Shown: positions 24,509 to 34,598, counted from the first letter of the stretch. The stretch: DNA of 64,000 nucleotides from an uncultured bacterium (GCA_963840885.1 CAWJAN010000006.1:46601-110600); one strand, 5' to 3'. Translations and numbers: made by a program. The notes: generated by a model not told the origin, from the letters alone.

Positions 24509-25318
24509 TTAGAAACCGAAGAGATGCATGAAGAATCCTCCGATATTTCCTAAAAATCCTTTTATTCCTCCTGCTTTTGACGAAGCCACTGGTTTAGCCG
24601 ACTGGTCAATGACGAGTGAAGCTGTTACTGAATTTCCGTTTACCGTTCCCTGCACGAGAATATTATCTCCAATGGCGATACCAGAAACAGAACTTGTTGA
24701 ATTTCCTTTCGTTACCGTTGCGTTAGTAACATCGATTGTAAATTCCGTATTGCTGTTATTTTTTAAGGTTACCGTGTTTCCACTGATTGCAGAAACCGTT
24801 CCTGCCACAACAGGATTACCGTCTCCTGAAATCATAGATTCGGTCGATGTCGATCTGGATCCTTTTTGAAAACCTGAAGCGCCATTTCCCATTGTTGGCA
24901 TTTTTCCGTCACGGATTGTTTTTGCCACAACATTTGTTCCACTAACTGTTCCCTGTATCATTACGGTATCTCCTGAAGCGATAGATGAAACCGAGCTTGT
25001 GGCATTGTCTTTATAAACTGTCGCTGAACTTGCATCAACCGTATAAGTTGTTGCCGCTACTGCCGCAGTTGAGGTTCCGAAACCTTTTCTTGCCGGAGAA
25101 TTAACTGTAAGTGTGTTTCCGCTGACGGATGCTACCGTTCCGAATACTCCCTGGCCCATTCTCATTCCTCCCTGTATTGATCCTGGAGCTCCTCTGAAGC
25201 CCTGATGATTTGCATAAGGTGCGCTTGCGGGCGTATCGGCAAAAGCCATGCCTGCAAAACCTATCCCTGCAATCATAACTGATGCTGCTAATGTTCCTAA
25301 ATATTTTTTATTATTCAT
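24509..25318 (-). CDS. Secreted Gly/Thr/Ser-rich protein with an internal duplication, hypothetical.
   Basis: Signal peptide MNNKKYLGTLAASVMIAGIGFAGMAFA. The repeats SGDTVMIQGTVSGTNVVAKTI and IGDNILVQGTVNGNSVTASLVI are visible. Confidence 0.6.
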   Translation of the reverse strand: MNNKKYLGTLAASVMIAGIGFAGMAFADTPASAPYANHQGFRGAPGSIQGGMRMGQGVFGTVASVSGNTLTVNSPARKGFGTSTAAVAATTYTVDASSATVYKDNATSSVSSIASGDTVMIQGTVSGTNVVAKTIRDGKMPTMGNGASGFQKGSRSTSTESMISGDGNPVVAGTVSAISGNTVTLKNNSNTEFTIDVTNATVTKGNSTSSVSGIAIGDNILVQGTVNGNSVTASLVIDQSAKPVASSKAGGIKGFLGNIGGFFMHLFGF

Positions 25319-25430
25319 GTGTTTTGATTATCTGCTTATAAATCTAACCGTTCGTAAGCATTAATACGGCCTGCACTGAAAGCAGGGTGCAATAAAAATG
25401 CGGCTTTTATTGGCCGCATTTTTAAATTTT

Positions 25431-27548
25431 TTATAGCCTGTTTAGGAGCGCTCTCGTACCAGGACCGACTTGGCCTAGCTGGTCGAGGCCATATGCTTTT
25501 TGCAAAGCCTTAACCGCAGCAACGGTTACGCTTCCGAAGTAGCCCGTATCGGTAGGATATGTAAAGTATCCGAGTTGTCTCAGTTTGGCTTGCAGCTGAG
25601 TTACTGCCGTTCCTGAATATCCGAGCTGCAAATGTTCCGTGAACGCAAATGATGAAGCAGAACTTGAAGTCGTTGTCGTAGTCGTTACGCCAAGAATTGA
25701 AACTGAAATTGAAGAACAAACATTGGACGATGAGCAGACAGAAAGCACTGCGGATCCGGCTTGATTGCCTGTAATATTCAATGCGCTTCCGCTTACATAA
25801 ACCCCGACAGCGTTAGGATTAGAATTGTATGAAATATAATATCCCACTCCGGAGCCGCCATATATATTTACATTCTTATTTCCGCCAACATATAAGCTGA
25901 CAGAATTCTGGTCAAATGTTATAGGAGCAGCGCTTACATTACTCACTGCATTTCCGACCGATACGTACAAAGAATTGCACTGGCCTCCGGTCTGGCATAC
26001 GAGCAGATTCGCAGAACCGGCGGCAATGCCCGTAAGCACTATACTGGAACCGCTTATAGAGCCGGAAACAATTCCGGGATTCGAATTATTTGAGATGAAA
26101 TATCCTCCATTGCCTACGAGATATACCGCAGCTGTCTGGCTCGGACCAAGAACCACATTGTTCTGACTGAAAGTCGGCTGGACAGTTGAAACTGTTGTGC
26201 CGTTTCCGTTTACATTAACATTAAGCGTTATACATCCTCCGGCATTTGAACAAACGCTTGCCGACGATGCGCCTTGGCTTATACCAGTAATGGTGACGAT
26301 TTGCCCATTTAAGCTATAGCTTGCTTTTCCGTCATTATTCTGAATAACAGCGTAAGGCATCGTTCCGCCCGTAACAGAAATGCTTATGACTTGTCCCGCA
26401 GTAAGAGACAGATTATTCTGGCTTAAATTTATTGCTCCTCCTGATGCACCGCTCACCGTAACGGAAACTGTTCCGCAATTTCCGGAAACTGAACATACCG
26501 TTATAGAAGAATTTCCCGGAGTATTTCCGTAAATTACCAGGCTGCTCGTGGAAATATATGTCTGCGCGGAATTGGTATTTGAATTTGAAGAAACGTAATA
26601 ATTTCCTGAGCCGCCATAAACAGTGATGTTTTGCGTCTGGCCTGTGATAACGATTGCGTTGTTATTGCTGAAAGTGAGGCCTGTTGAAGAATATGTTCCT
26701 ATTGATGCCGTTATCACTCCGCATGCGGAAGAATCCGTCGAACAAACAGTAATAGTTGATGAACCCGTAGTGCCGATAGCAGACAGCGTAAGAGTCGGTC
26801 CGTTAAAGCTCGTGCCTATGATGCTTGGAGCGGAATTATATTGGGCCGTATAAAATCCGTTTCCTCCTGAAATGGAAATCTGGACGCTCTGACCGCTCAC
26901 TACGCTTACATTATTCCGGCTGAAATTCAGGGTATTAGATGAGGATTGCACTATCACATAGATGCTGGCGCAATTGGAATTCGATGAAGAGTTTATAAGG
27001 CAGACATTTGCCGTCGTCTGTCCCGCAGAAAGTCCGGTTACAGTTATTTGGTTTCCGCTGAAAGAGACATTGGCGACCTGCGGATTCGTATTGCTCGAAA
27101 GATAAAGCAATTGCGAGCCTGTATTTTGCGCAGTGAGGGTGGAAGATTGCCCGGCATTAAGGACGACGCTTGACTGGCTCAGGCTGAAATTAGACGATAC
27201 GGCATTTCCATATGACCACGATATGGGAGACGATGTCTGATTGTTTACGGAAACGCTTACATTGCTGTTTTCCACTATGTCATAGTCGGAAACGCCGAAT
27301 GATGTGGAAAAATTACCGGTTGAATTCGTTGTTCCGATGTATTTCCCCTGCAGCCCAGATGCATTGGACGAATAGTAATACATTATTACGCCGGAATTTG
27401 CATCGCCTACTACGTTCATATCTATAGTATTGGAATTGCTGCTGTCTACGGACATGTAAAGGGACGGGGTCATCGCATAAGCGGTGCCGGCCGAAAGAGC
27501 CGAGATAATGATGAGTAATGCCGTCAAATTTCTGAATAGTGCTTTCAT
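25431..27548 (-). CDS. Secreted surface protein. It has about seven tandem ~100-aa Ig-like (Big-type) repeats and a C-terminal peptidoglycan-binding domain (PG_binding_1).
   Basis: Signal peptide. The repeat pattern FSQNNVSL..GQSxxI.ISGG.G.Y.....NSNP....ISGS.LxLTGxxAGSxxITVCSxxGxC...V.V recurs about seven times. The C-terminus AVTQLQAKLRQLGYFTYPTDTGYFGSVTVAAVKALQKAYGLDQLGQVGPGTRALL fits the PG_binding_1 consensus. Confidence 0.8.
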   Translation of the reverse strand: MKALFRNLTALLIIISALSAGTAYAMTPSLYMSVDSSNSNTIDMNVVGDANSGVIMYYYSSNASGLQGKYIGTTNSTGNFSTSFGVSDYDIVENSNVSVSVNNQTSSPISWSYGNAVSSNFSLSQSSVVLNAGQSSTLTAQNTGSQLLYLSSNTNPQVANVSFSGNQITVTGLSAGQTTANVCLINSSSNSNCASIYVIVQSSSNTLNFSRNNVSVVSGQSVQISISGGNGFYTAQYNSAPSIIGTSFNGPTLTLSAIGTTGSSTITVCSTDSSACGVITASIGTYSSTGLTFSNNNAIVITGQTQNITVYGGSGNYYVSSNSNTNSAQTYISTSSLVIYGNTPGNSSITVCSVSGNCGTVSVTVSGASGGAINLSQNNLSLTAGQVISISVTGGTMPYAVIQNNDGKASYSLNGQIVTITGISQGASSASVCSNAGGCITLNVNVNGNGTTVSTVQPTFSQNNVVLGPSQTAAVYLVGNGGYFISNNSNPGIVSGSISGSSIVLTGIAAGSANLLVCQTGGQCNSLYVSVGNAVSNVSAAPITFDQNSVSLYVGGNKNVNIYGGSGVGYYISYNSNPNAVGVYVSGSALNITGNQAGSAVLSVCSSSNVCSSISVSILGVTTTTTTSSSASSFAFTEHLQLGYSGTAVTQLQAKLRQLGYFTYPTDTGYFGSVTVAAVKALQKAYGLDQLGQVGPGTRALLNRL

Positions 27549-27646
27549 GGTTTTATATTTATACGTCTGATAATCTCTTGTGGTGCATATTATAGCAAAA
27601 GAAAACCGCGGCTTAAACCCGCGGAAAGTTCATAATCTTTTTTCTT

Positions 27647-27808
27647 TTATCCTTTGAATGCAAAAGCCATAAGCACTATGGTCAAAGCATTCAAGATCAC
27701 CAATGCTATCGCCATCTGTGGTTTAGTTGGAAGCGGATGAATCAAAATATAAACCGTGTAGATTATTGCAACGATTGCCGCACCTATAAAATTCCCTCTT
27801 ATTATCAT
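27647..27808 (-). CDS. Possible 53-aa two-TM micro-protein. It is below the ORF-track cutoff.
   Basis: Manual translation gives MIIRGNFIGAAIVAIIYTVYILIHPLPTKPQMAIALVILNALTIVLMAFAFKG. Confidence 0.25.
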   Translation of the reverse strand: MIIRGNFIGAAIVAIIYTVYILIHPLPTKPQMAIALVILNALTIVLMAFAFKG

Positions 27809-27891
27809 AATTTAGTTTTGTGTTAATTAAATGTCCCGGCCTTTGGATAATCATATCATTTTTTATTCAGGCAGGTATCTTGTTATAATAT

Positions 27892-28125
27892 ATGAATCTT
27901 ATTTATCAGCTCATTAATTCACTTACAGATATGAAATCAATTGAACCTGTTTTGCCGCTCTGGGGATATGTCATCATGGTTATCATTGTATGGGCAATCG
28001 TCCTATTCGTCGTATCGCAACTTATTCCAGCAAAATTCATAGTAGCTGTCGGCATCTGCGCCGGTTTTTTTATAAGTATGAGATATATGTATCTTCGCAT
28101 GCGCGTATCGCATCTCGAAAAGTAA
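27892..28125 (+). CDS. Small two-TM membrane protein, hypothetical.
   Basis: ORF with hydrophobic helices. Confidence 0.35.
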   Translation: MNLIYQLINSLTDMKSIEPVLPLWGYVIMVIIVWAIVLFVVSQLIPAKFIVAVGICAGFFISMRYMYLRMRVSHLEK

Positions 28126-28129
28126 ACTG

Positions 28130-28216
28130 CGGAGAGGGCGAGATTCGAACTCGCGAGACCGTTTCCGGCCCTCTAGTTTTCAAGACTAGTGCTTTCAACC
28201 ACTCAGCCACCTCTCC
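28130..28216 (-). tRNA. tRNA-Ser (anticodon TGA) with a long variable arm.
   Basis: The reverse complement is GGAGAGGTGGCTGAGTGGTTGAAAGCACTAGT CTTGAAA ACTAG + long arm AGGGCCGGAAACGGTCTC + GCGAGTTCGAATCTCGC CCTCTCC G. Confidence 0.85.
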
Positions 28217-28316
28217 AATAGCAAACAATTTAACCTAAAACCGCAATATTATCAAGAATAAATTAACTTTGGTATAATCACATAAATTAACAGCAAGTAA
28301 AAAATTATTAAAACTT

Positions 28317-28619
28317 ATGAAAGGATTCATGGATTTCATCAGAGGACAAGGCGTCGTAGGGCTTGCTTCCGGATTTATTCTGGGAGGAGCGGTTTCAAAA
28401 GTCGTCGCAGCCATAGTGACTGATTTGGTAAATCCTATTTTAGGATTGGCGCTCGGCCAGATCAAAGGACTGGAAACGGCATCGCTAGATATCGCCTCTG
28501 CTCATATAATGTATGGCGACCTCATCAGCGTTCTGATAGATTTTTTTGCCGTGGCATTCGTCGTCTACTTCGGCGTCAAGGCTATACATTTGGATAAGCT
28601 GGATAAGCCGAAAGTCTAG
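28317..28619 (+). CDS. mscL: Large-conductance mechanosensitive channel MscL.
   Basis: MKGFMDFIRGQGVVGLASGFILGGAVSKVV...DLVNPILG is the canonical MscL N-terminus and TM1. Confidence 0.85.
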   Translation: MKGFMDFIRGQGVVGLASGFILGGAVSKVVAAIVTDLVNPILGLALGQIKGLETASLDIASAHIMYGDLISVLIDFFAVAFVVYFGVKAIHLDKLDKPKV

Positions 28620-28620
28620 A

Positions 28621-30348
28621 TTAAAATATATCCGCTATCCTGAGCCTTACTTCCGGCCTGCCGCGGAAAAAAGATTTTTCAATATTTGCGAGCAGATTGA
28701 TTTTTTCTCCTTTCTCAATCTTTACGGAATAATTTTCCGGCTTAGTGAAAAAACCTATTGCCGATACGGAATAGCCTCTTGAATTTTTGAAATCAATCTT
28801 CAGATGGTCGCCTTTCTTGCCGAATAGTTTTGCATCATGCACCTCCGCGTTCTGAAACGCAAAAACCGGCTTCGGATTGTCCATGCCAAACGGCGCAAGC
28901 TTGCCAAGCTCGTTGGCAAGCCTCATGTTCACATCATCAATGGAAAGTTTCGCATCTGCTATCATTTCTTTTGAGATTTCTTTATTTTCTATTGATAATT
29001 TTTTATATGATAGCTCGAGCGCATCGGCAAGCACATCTATTTTTTCAAAATTTACCGTGAAACCGCCTGATGCCGCATGTCCGCCGTACTCGTCAAATAT
29101 ATCTCCTGCTTCGCGCATGGTGTCGACGACGCTGACGCAACCGTCTCCGCGGCACGAGCCTTTCAGATTTTTCCCCTCTTCTCTGCCCCAGAGGTAAACC
29201 GGCCCGGAGTGATCATCCATCAGTGAGCTAGCAACAAGGCCTAGAAGCGACGGCTTCCAATCGGGATTGCCCGCCACGAGGACTTTTCTTTTTTTCTCCG
29301 GATCGAATTTCTTCCAGTGGCTTTTTATCTCCTTGACCATTGCGGCGACAATTACCTTTCTGTCGTCGTTTATGGAATTCAGATGCCTGGCGTATTTTTC
29401 GGCTTCTTCATCATTGTCCGCAACAAGCATGCGGAAAGCGTCTTCCGGTATTCCCATGCGAGATGCCGCGTTTATTCTCGGAGAAATCATGAAGCCGATA
29501 TCGTCTTCGGTTAGATTTTTCTGATCGATTTTCAAGATCGACAAAAGTTTTTGGAGCCCTAAGCGCGGAGTTTTGCGCAAAACTTTCAGGCCATAGTATG
29601 CAAAAATCCTGTTCTCGCCGATAAGAGGAACCATGTCGGAGACAGTGGCGATGGCGACCATATCTAGAAGCCACTTTTCCCAGCCTTCTTTAATATCCCA
29701 ATCTTTTCCGTGCTTTTTCAAAAGCGCTTGGACCAGCTTGAAAGATATTCCGGATGCGCAGAGTATTTTTTCCGGATAGCGGCAGCTCGATTGCTTATGA
29801 TTGAGAAGAGCGACCGCTTCAGGCAATTTTTCTTTTCCGTTTACGATTGTAGGAAGATGGTGGTCTATGATAATAAGGTCTATTCCGTGCTTTTTTATCC
29901 TGTCCGCTTCTTTTATATTCGCGGTTCCGCAATCTATTGTTATGATGAGCTTGAATTTTTTCTCGGCAAAAACATCTATAGCATCGTCATTGAGGCCGAA
30001 TCCCTCAAGAACCCGATGCGGGATATAATTCTCGAAATTCCCGTATCCGATTTTTTTGAAAAAATCATGAAGCACCACCGCGCCAGGAATGCCGTCGGCA
30101 TCATAGTCGCTGTAAATAAGGATCTTTTCGTTATTTTTTACGGCGTCATATATCCTTTTGACAGCTTTGTCCATATCATGCATCAAAAATGGATCGTGAT
30201 TCTCCTCAAAAACAGGATTCATAAAATCCCTGGCTTTCTCGGATGTCTTTATTCCGCGGTAAAAAAGGAGTTTCCGTAAAAGTTCAGGATATGCTTTCAA
30301 TTCCTCGCTTGCGCTTTCCGGAATATCTTCTCGAATGGAATACGGCAT
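28621..30348 (-). CDS. recJ: Single-stranded-DNA-specific exonuclease RecJ.
   Basis: DHH motifs (IYSDYDADGIPG, DLIIIDHH) and a DHHA1 region (GGHAASGG). Confidence 0.9.
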   Translation of the reverse strand: MPYSIREDIPESASEELKAYPELLRKLLFYRGIKTSEKARDFMNPVFEENHDPFLMHDMDKAVKRIYDAVKNNEKILIYSDYDADGIPGAVVLHDFFKKIGYGNFENYIPHRVLEGFGLNDDAIDVFAEKKFKLIITIDCGTANIKEADRIKKHGIDLIIIDHHLPTIVNGKEKLPEAVALLNHKQSSCRYPEKILCASGISFKLVQALLKKHGKDWDIKEGWEKWLLDMVAIATVSDMVPLIGENRIFAYYGLKVLRKTPRLGLQKLLSILKIDQKNLTEDDIGFMISPRINAASRMGIPEDAFRMLVADNDEEAEKYARHLNSINDDRKVIVAAMVKEIKSHWKKFDPEKKRKVLVAGNPDWKPSLLGLVASSLMDDHSGPVYLWGREEGKNLKGSCRGDGCVSVVDTMREAGDIFDEYGGHAASGGFTVNFEKIDVLADALELSYKKLSIENKEISKEMIADAKLSIDDVNMRLANELGKLAPFGMDNPKPVFAFQNAEVHDAKLFGKKGDHLKIDFKNSRGYSVSAIGFFTKPENYSVKIEKGEKINLLANIEKSFFRGRPEVRLRIADIF

Positions 30349-30352
30349 ATCT

Positions 30353-31123
30353 TTATGCTGCTTCGCGGATGAGCTCGGAAAAATCCCCGGTATTCAAACT
30401 GTCTCTTCCGATAAGAAGGCCGCTGACATCTCCCTTCTCCACGAGTTCTTTTGCATTTGCTTTTGTCACGGAACCGCCGTATAGAACAGGAATTTTTTCA
30501 GGGTCGCTTATTTTCAATGTATCGTTCAAAACTCTTCTTATGAAAATCGCCATTTCGTGGAGTTCAGCAGGCTTCATAGCTTGTTTTTCCGACTTTCCTA
30601 TAGCCCATACTGGTTCATATGCGACAATGAGATTTTTTATGAATTTTTTCGGCAATTTTTCTATGGCATTTTTCAGCTGCTTATCCAGCTCGACAAAATA
30701 TTGTCCGTGCTCATTCCTCTCTTTTTCGCCGATGCAAAGTATGGTCTTGAATCCGGCCTTAAGAGATCCGAAAAGCTTATTCCTGACTATTTCATCAGTA
30801 TCTCCTGAAGCGCGTTTTTCGGAATGTCCGACTATCACGTACTTTACTCCGGCGCTTCGGAGCATTTCCGGGCCTATCTCTCCGGTATGGGAAACTCCTT
30901 CGCCCAAAAAAACGTCTTGAGCTCCGAGTGCGGCTATTTTTGATTTATTCAATATATCCGAAACTTCATTTATATACACGAAAGGCGGGCAAATGACCAT
31001 TTTTACCGATTTTATGCCTTTTGTCTTACGCAAAGTCTCTGAAGCTATCCTTTTTGCTTCAGCGGCTGACTTCGGATTCATCTTCCAATTGGCCACTATG
31101 AATTTTGATTTGCTTTTCATCAT
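30353..31123 (-). CDS. tpiA: Triosephosphate isomerase.
   Basis: IVANWKMN, VAYEPVWAIG and VLYGGSV motifs. Confidence 0.9.
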   Translation of the reverse strand: MMKSKSKFIVANWKMNPKSAAEAKRIASETLRKTKGIKSVKMVICPPFVYINEVSDILNKSKIAALGAQDVFLGEGVSHTGEIGPEMLRSAGVKYVIVGHSEKRASGDTDEIVRNKLFGSLKAGFKTILCIGEKERNEHGQYFVELDKQLKNAIEKLPKKFIKNLIVAYEPVWAIGKSEKQAMKPAELHEMAIFIRRVLNDTLKISDPEKIPVLYGGSVTKANAKELVEKGDVSGLLIGRDSLNTGDFSELIREAA

Positions 31124-31247
31124 GTTTACCCTGTTAAATAAGATTTGTTTAATCTTAGCTTAATTTTACTATGATATGTTAAAACAATACAGTACTTATG
31201 GAGTTTGGACCTATTTAACAGGGTGAATTATATCATTTTGAAAATAT

Positions 31248-31724
31248 TTGATATACTGTTCCCATATGAACAAGCTTTCTTGGCAAATACTCGAGTACAA
31301 GAAAAGAGAAAAAACTGTCGACTGGTATTGGGCGGTCGGAGTTATAGCCGTTTCTCTGGCTATAATAGCGGTGATAATGGGCGACGGGCTATTTTCAATT
31401 TTTATAATCATAGCAACCGCCATACTTCTGACTTTTTCTTCCAGAGAGCCTAGAACTTTCGAAGTATCGGTAGACAAAAGAGGAATAATCGTGGGAGCAG
31501 AATCCTACCCTTTCGCAACGCTAGAAGATTTCTGGGTGGACATAAGCGAGCACAATAATCCGAAAATACTCCTGAAATCAAAAAAATTGATAATGCCTCT
31601 TATAGTGATACCCATAGAAGATTACGACCATATGGATATAAGGGATTTTCTTCTCGAATATCTTCCGGAAAAAGAAATGCATGAGCCTTTGTCGCAGAAA
31701 ATCATGGAAGGGCTAGGCTTCTAG
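31248..31724 (+). CDS. Membrane protein, hypothetical.
   Basis: ORF with two N-terminal TM helices and a soluble C-terminal domain. The start may be the second Met, giving MNKLSWQIL. Confidence 0.45.
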   Translation: MIYCSHMNKLSWQILEYKKREKTVDWYWAVGVIAVSLAIIAVIMGDGLFSIFIIIATAILLTFSSREPRTFEVSVDKRGIIVGAESYPFATLEDFWVDISEHNNPKILLKSKKLIMPLIVIPIEDYDHMDIRDFLLEYLPEKEMHEPLSQKIMEGLGF

Positions 31725-31793
31725 CTGTGGCTTTTTGCCTTTTGAAATGATAAATTAGGGCCGGCGAAACTTTCAGTTTCGCCGGCTGATATC

Positions 31794-31865
31794 GCTCCCA
31801 TCGTTCAATGGATAGGATAAATCCTTGCGAAGGATTTGATGTAGGTTCGATTCCTACTGGGAGCA
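31794..31865 (+). tRNA. tRNA-Arg (anticodon GCG).
   Basis: GCTCCCA TC GTTCAATGGATAGGAT AA ATCC TTGCGAA GGAT TTGATG TAGGTTCGATTCCTAC TGGGAGC A. Its body is paralogous to the TCT tRNA-Arg at 20001..20072. Confidence 0.7.
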
Positions 31866-31954
31866 CATGCATGCCTGCAGAACTATGGCCGAAAAAGGAG
31901 ATTGTGCGACTTCAAAAGCGCCCAGTTGGGCGCTTTTAAATTTAATAACAAAAA

Positions 31955-32167
31955 CTATTTTAAACCAATTTTTATGCCTTTTTTAACATCTTTTCCAAAT
32001 TGAACGGATTTATCAACGATTGATTTTCTTTTTGACGCACTATTGTTCCATTTTTTCTTTAAATCTTTTGCAATCTTTTCCCCTTTGTTTTTTAAAACCG
32101 AATACTCTTTTGCACTATTGGAAACAATTTTACTTACCGCTTTTACTACTTTTTTGTTTTCTTTCAT
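31955..32167 (-). CDS. Small lysine-rich protein, hypothetical.
   Basis: 70-aa ORF only. Low complexity. Confidence 0.25.
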   Translation of the reverse strand: MKENKKVVKAVSKIVSNSAKEYSVLKNKGEKIAKDLKKKWNNSASKRKSIVDKSVQFGKDVKKGIKIGLK

Positions 32168-32199
32168 TTTTGTTTATATTAACTATTAAATTATATGAT

Positions 32200-32837
32200 T
32201 TAATTTTCTCTATCAGCATACACAACGAGTCTATTGGAATAACTTTTCTTTGCTGCATTCCAGATCCCCTCACAAGTGATAAGATTTAGATGCGACTTAC
32301 CATCTTTCGAATCAAACACATTTGTAGAATTTCCATTCTCAGTGTATGTCCCAAGCTCTCCTACCACAAAGGTAGTTGTAGCTCCTTTATCATCCACCAC
32401 ATAAATTTTATCCCTTATATGCAGCTTGTATAAATTATCAAACACTGCAGGTATATTATTTTTCCAGCCATAGTGCCCAGCGACTACCGCACTGCCAATA
32501 TCTCCTGGACGTGGTCCCAAATCAAACCAAGCCACGTCATTTGGGCCTTTTGGTACAGCCATGGCTCCATCTGATGTTAAACCAACATATTCGAATGTTG
32601 CATCAACATTAATGTGTGGACGGACAAGCGAATCGGAAGTCGAGGCTGACGGCTTGTAGATGTACCGCTTTTTGATCTTACATTAATCAAATCTTGCAAG
32701 GCTTGGCTTATTGTCGGTGGAATCGGTATAGGTGCAGTGTAAGAATCCTGAGTGATAATATTTGTATTTAGAAGATATATGTAGGTTGCAGACAATATAA
32801 CTATAATACTGACTGTAATATATAGTGATAATTTCAA
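32200..32837 (-). pseudogene. Sortase (transpeptidase) gene interrupted by a frameshift near 32563..32601. The N-terminal TM/linker part is at 32577..32837 and the catalytic domain at 32200..32562.
   Basis: The catalytic-domain ORF carries the sortase His (AVVAGHYGW), Cys (HLNLITCEG = TLxTC motif) and Arg (NRLVVYADR) signatures, but lacks its own N-terminal anchor. The upstream ORF (MKLSLYITVSIIVILSATYIYLL...) supplies a TM anchor and linker but is in a different frame. Stops are at 32577 in one frame and 32602 in the other. Combined length of about 226 aa fits a class E/F sortase. Confidence 0.45.
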
Positions 32838-32957
32838 TGATATTTTTTCCTTGCATATTTTTCAATACTATCGGAAAAGTAAAGTCCTCTAAGGCAGAGA
32901 TTTTACTTCCTCTAGCTTAAACAAATTTATTTTAACAATAAATTCTATACTAGATTT

Positions 32958-34598
32958 TTATTCTTCTTTGGAAAACTCACAAACTAAAGAAACAACCAGT
33001 ACGAGTATGATAGCTGAAAGCAATACTGTAAGCCATGAGACAGTTACTCCTTCTGGTGTAATCCCTGTATTAGGGAGATTCGGTGTGTTAACAAGAACGT
33101 TAGCAAAAGCAAAGGCTACCGCCGATAAACCATTTGCATCTCCTTTGACCGTAGCAATATTATCTGTTGAAACATTAATGTTTGTTTTACAGGTATATGT
33201 CCATATTTCATTTGAATCAAGTAATTTATTTCCATTGTTATCACCGGAAATAAATGTTATTGCTGCACATTTATTATCAGTAAGTGAAACATTGTGAATT
33301 GGAACTGTTCCTGAATTAATTACTGTATATTTATAAGTAACATCACCACCTCCAAAAGTAAACGGTGTTAACTGATTAGGAACTACTACGAGATTAATGA
33401 GTGGTGGCTGTATTGAACTTCCAACTACTACAGTGGCTATCGCAGTAGCAATCGCTGTATGATAATAAGCATCATCGCTATGACCAGTTGCTATGGCAGT
33501 ATTTGTAGTAGTGCTAGTAAGTGTTGTTGAACAAGTATATTTCCAATTTTCTCCGGGATCAAGCTTCTTATCACCGTTCAAATCACCAGAAGAATAAACG
33601 ACGGGAATACATTTATCATCAACAACCGTAACATCAACTAATGCCTGCTGTCCACCAACATTCCAAACATTGTAATTATATGTGACTTTTCCAGATCCAG
33701 CTGATAAAGCTAAAGGACTAGGAACTTTTGTAATTCCAATTAATGGAATTATTGATACTACACCCGGTCTATGTCCTTTAGCAGTAACAACAACCGGTGC
33801 ATTAGATAGTGAAATTGTGTTGCTAATAAGTGTAACTGCGGTTTGTGCCAATGCTCTTCCATTTAATGTCGCACCTGCTCGCATCGCAATATCCGTTTGA
33901 GCTAAAATGATACCTTGCATTTGTGAACCGGCTAAAAGATTTACTGTTCCTGCAACCTGCCAGAAAACATTCTTGGCTTGAGCGCCTCCGCTTAATATGA
34001 TTTTTTTACCGACTGCAAGATCAAGTGTCCCTGATATTTGGAAAACCCAAACATCATTTGCTCCACCTGAAAGTGTGACGTCATTTGTTATTGTTACATT
34101 ACTGCCCCAGGTATAAACACCGGGAGCAAGTGTCATAGTTCCTACTGTTCCGGCACCAATATTTAAATTTGGACCAACTCCAGCTGGTGTTGCTGGTGCT
34201 GAAGCATTGGTATATGCGATTCCCATATCTGAAACAGCATTATCAACTAAAGTTTTGTTTGCTCCAGGTCCAGGCATTACACAAGTATTATCAAAACTTC
34301 CTCCGGGACCACCTGCAAATGTAGCTAATGCATCAACTGTATAAATTGAACCAGTAATTTCTCCGCAAGTAACGCCAATTTGCGCACCACTACCAGCACT
34401 ATTACCAATATTTCCGGTAATAATCGAAGTCGGTACATCAGTAATTCCTGTTTCACCAAGAATTACAAAATTATTCGTATCTATTGATCCCAAATTTATT
34501 GGTGCTGGACCAGCAGCAAATGCAGCAACAGGACCAATAAAACCAATGACTAGAGAAACAATTATCGTTGATATTGAACTCTGACTAAATTTTTTCAT
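32958..34598 (-). CDS. LPXTG-anchored surface protein. It has an N-terminal ice-binding-like beta-helix domain (DUF3494), two DUF11-like Ig-fold repeats and a C-terminal LPNTG sorting signal.
   Basis: After the signal peptide, AAGPAPINLGSIDTNNFVILGETGITDVPTSIITGNIGNSAG and ...NDVWVFQISGTLDLAVGKKIILSGGAQAKNVFWQVAGTVNLLAGSQMQGIILAQT...GRALAQTAVTL match DUF3494. Two repeats read GxVTYxYxVxNxG...VxDxKC...SGDxNGxxxLDxxExWxYTC. The C-terminus LPNTG is followed by a hydrophobic helix and a short charged tail. Confidence 0.85.
   Translation of the reverse strand: MKKFSQSSISTIIVSLVIGFIGPVAAFAAGPAPINLGSIDTNNFVILGETGITDVPTSIITGNIGNSAGSGAQIGVTCGEITGSIYTVDALATFAGGPGGSFDNTCVMPGPGANKTLVDNAVSDMGIAYTNASAPATPAGVGPNLNIGAGTVGTMTLAPGVYTWGSNVTITNDVTLSGGANDVWVFQISGTLDLAVGKKIILSGGAQAKNVFWQVAGTVNLLAGSQMQGIILAQTDIAMRAGATLNGRALAQTAVTLISNTISLSNAPVVVTAKGHRPGVVSIIPLIGITKVPSPLALSAGSGKVTYNYNVWNVGGQQALVDVTVVDDKCIPVVYSSGDLNGDKKLDPGENWKYTCSTTLTSTTTNTAIATGHSDDAYYHTAIATAIATVVVGSSIQPPLINLVVVPNQLTPFTFGGGDVTYKYTVINSGTVPIHNVSLTDNKCAAITFISGDNNGNKLLDSNEIWTYTCKTNINVSTDNIATVKGDANGLSAVAFAFANVLVNTPNLPNTGITPEGVTVSWLTVLLSAIILVLVVSLVCEFSKEE

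Noticed and set aside
29710-30920. Plus-strand ORFs of 189 and 225 aa
   Set aside because: They are antisense to recJ and tpiA, which have strong family signatures on the minus strand.
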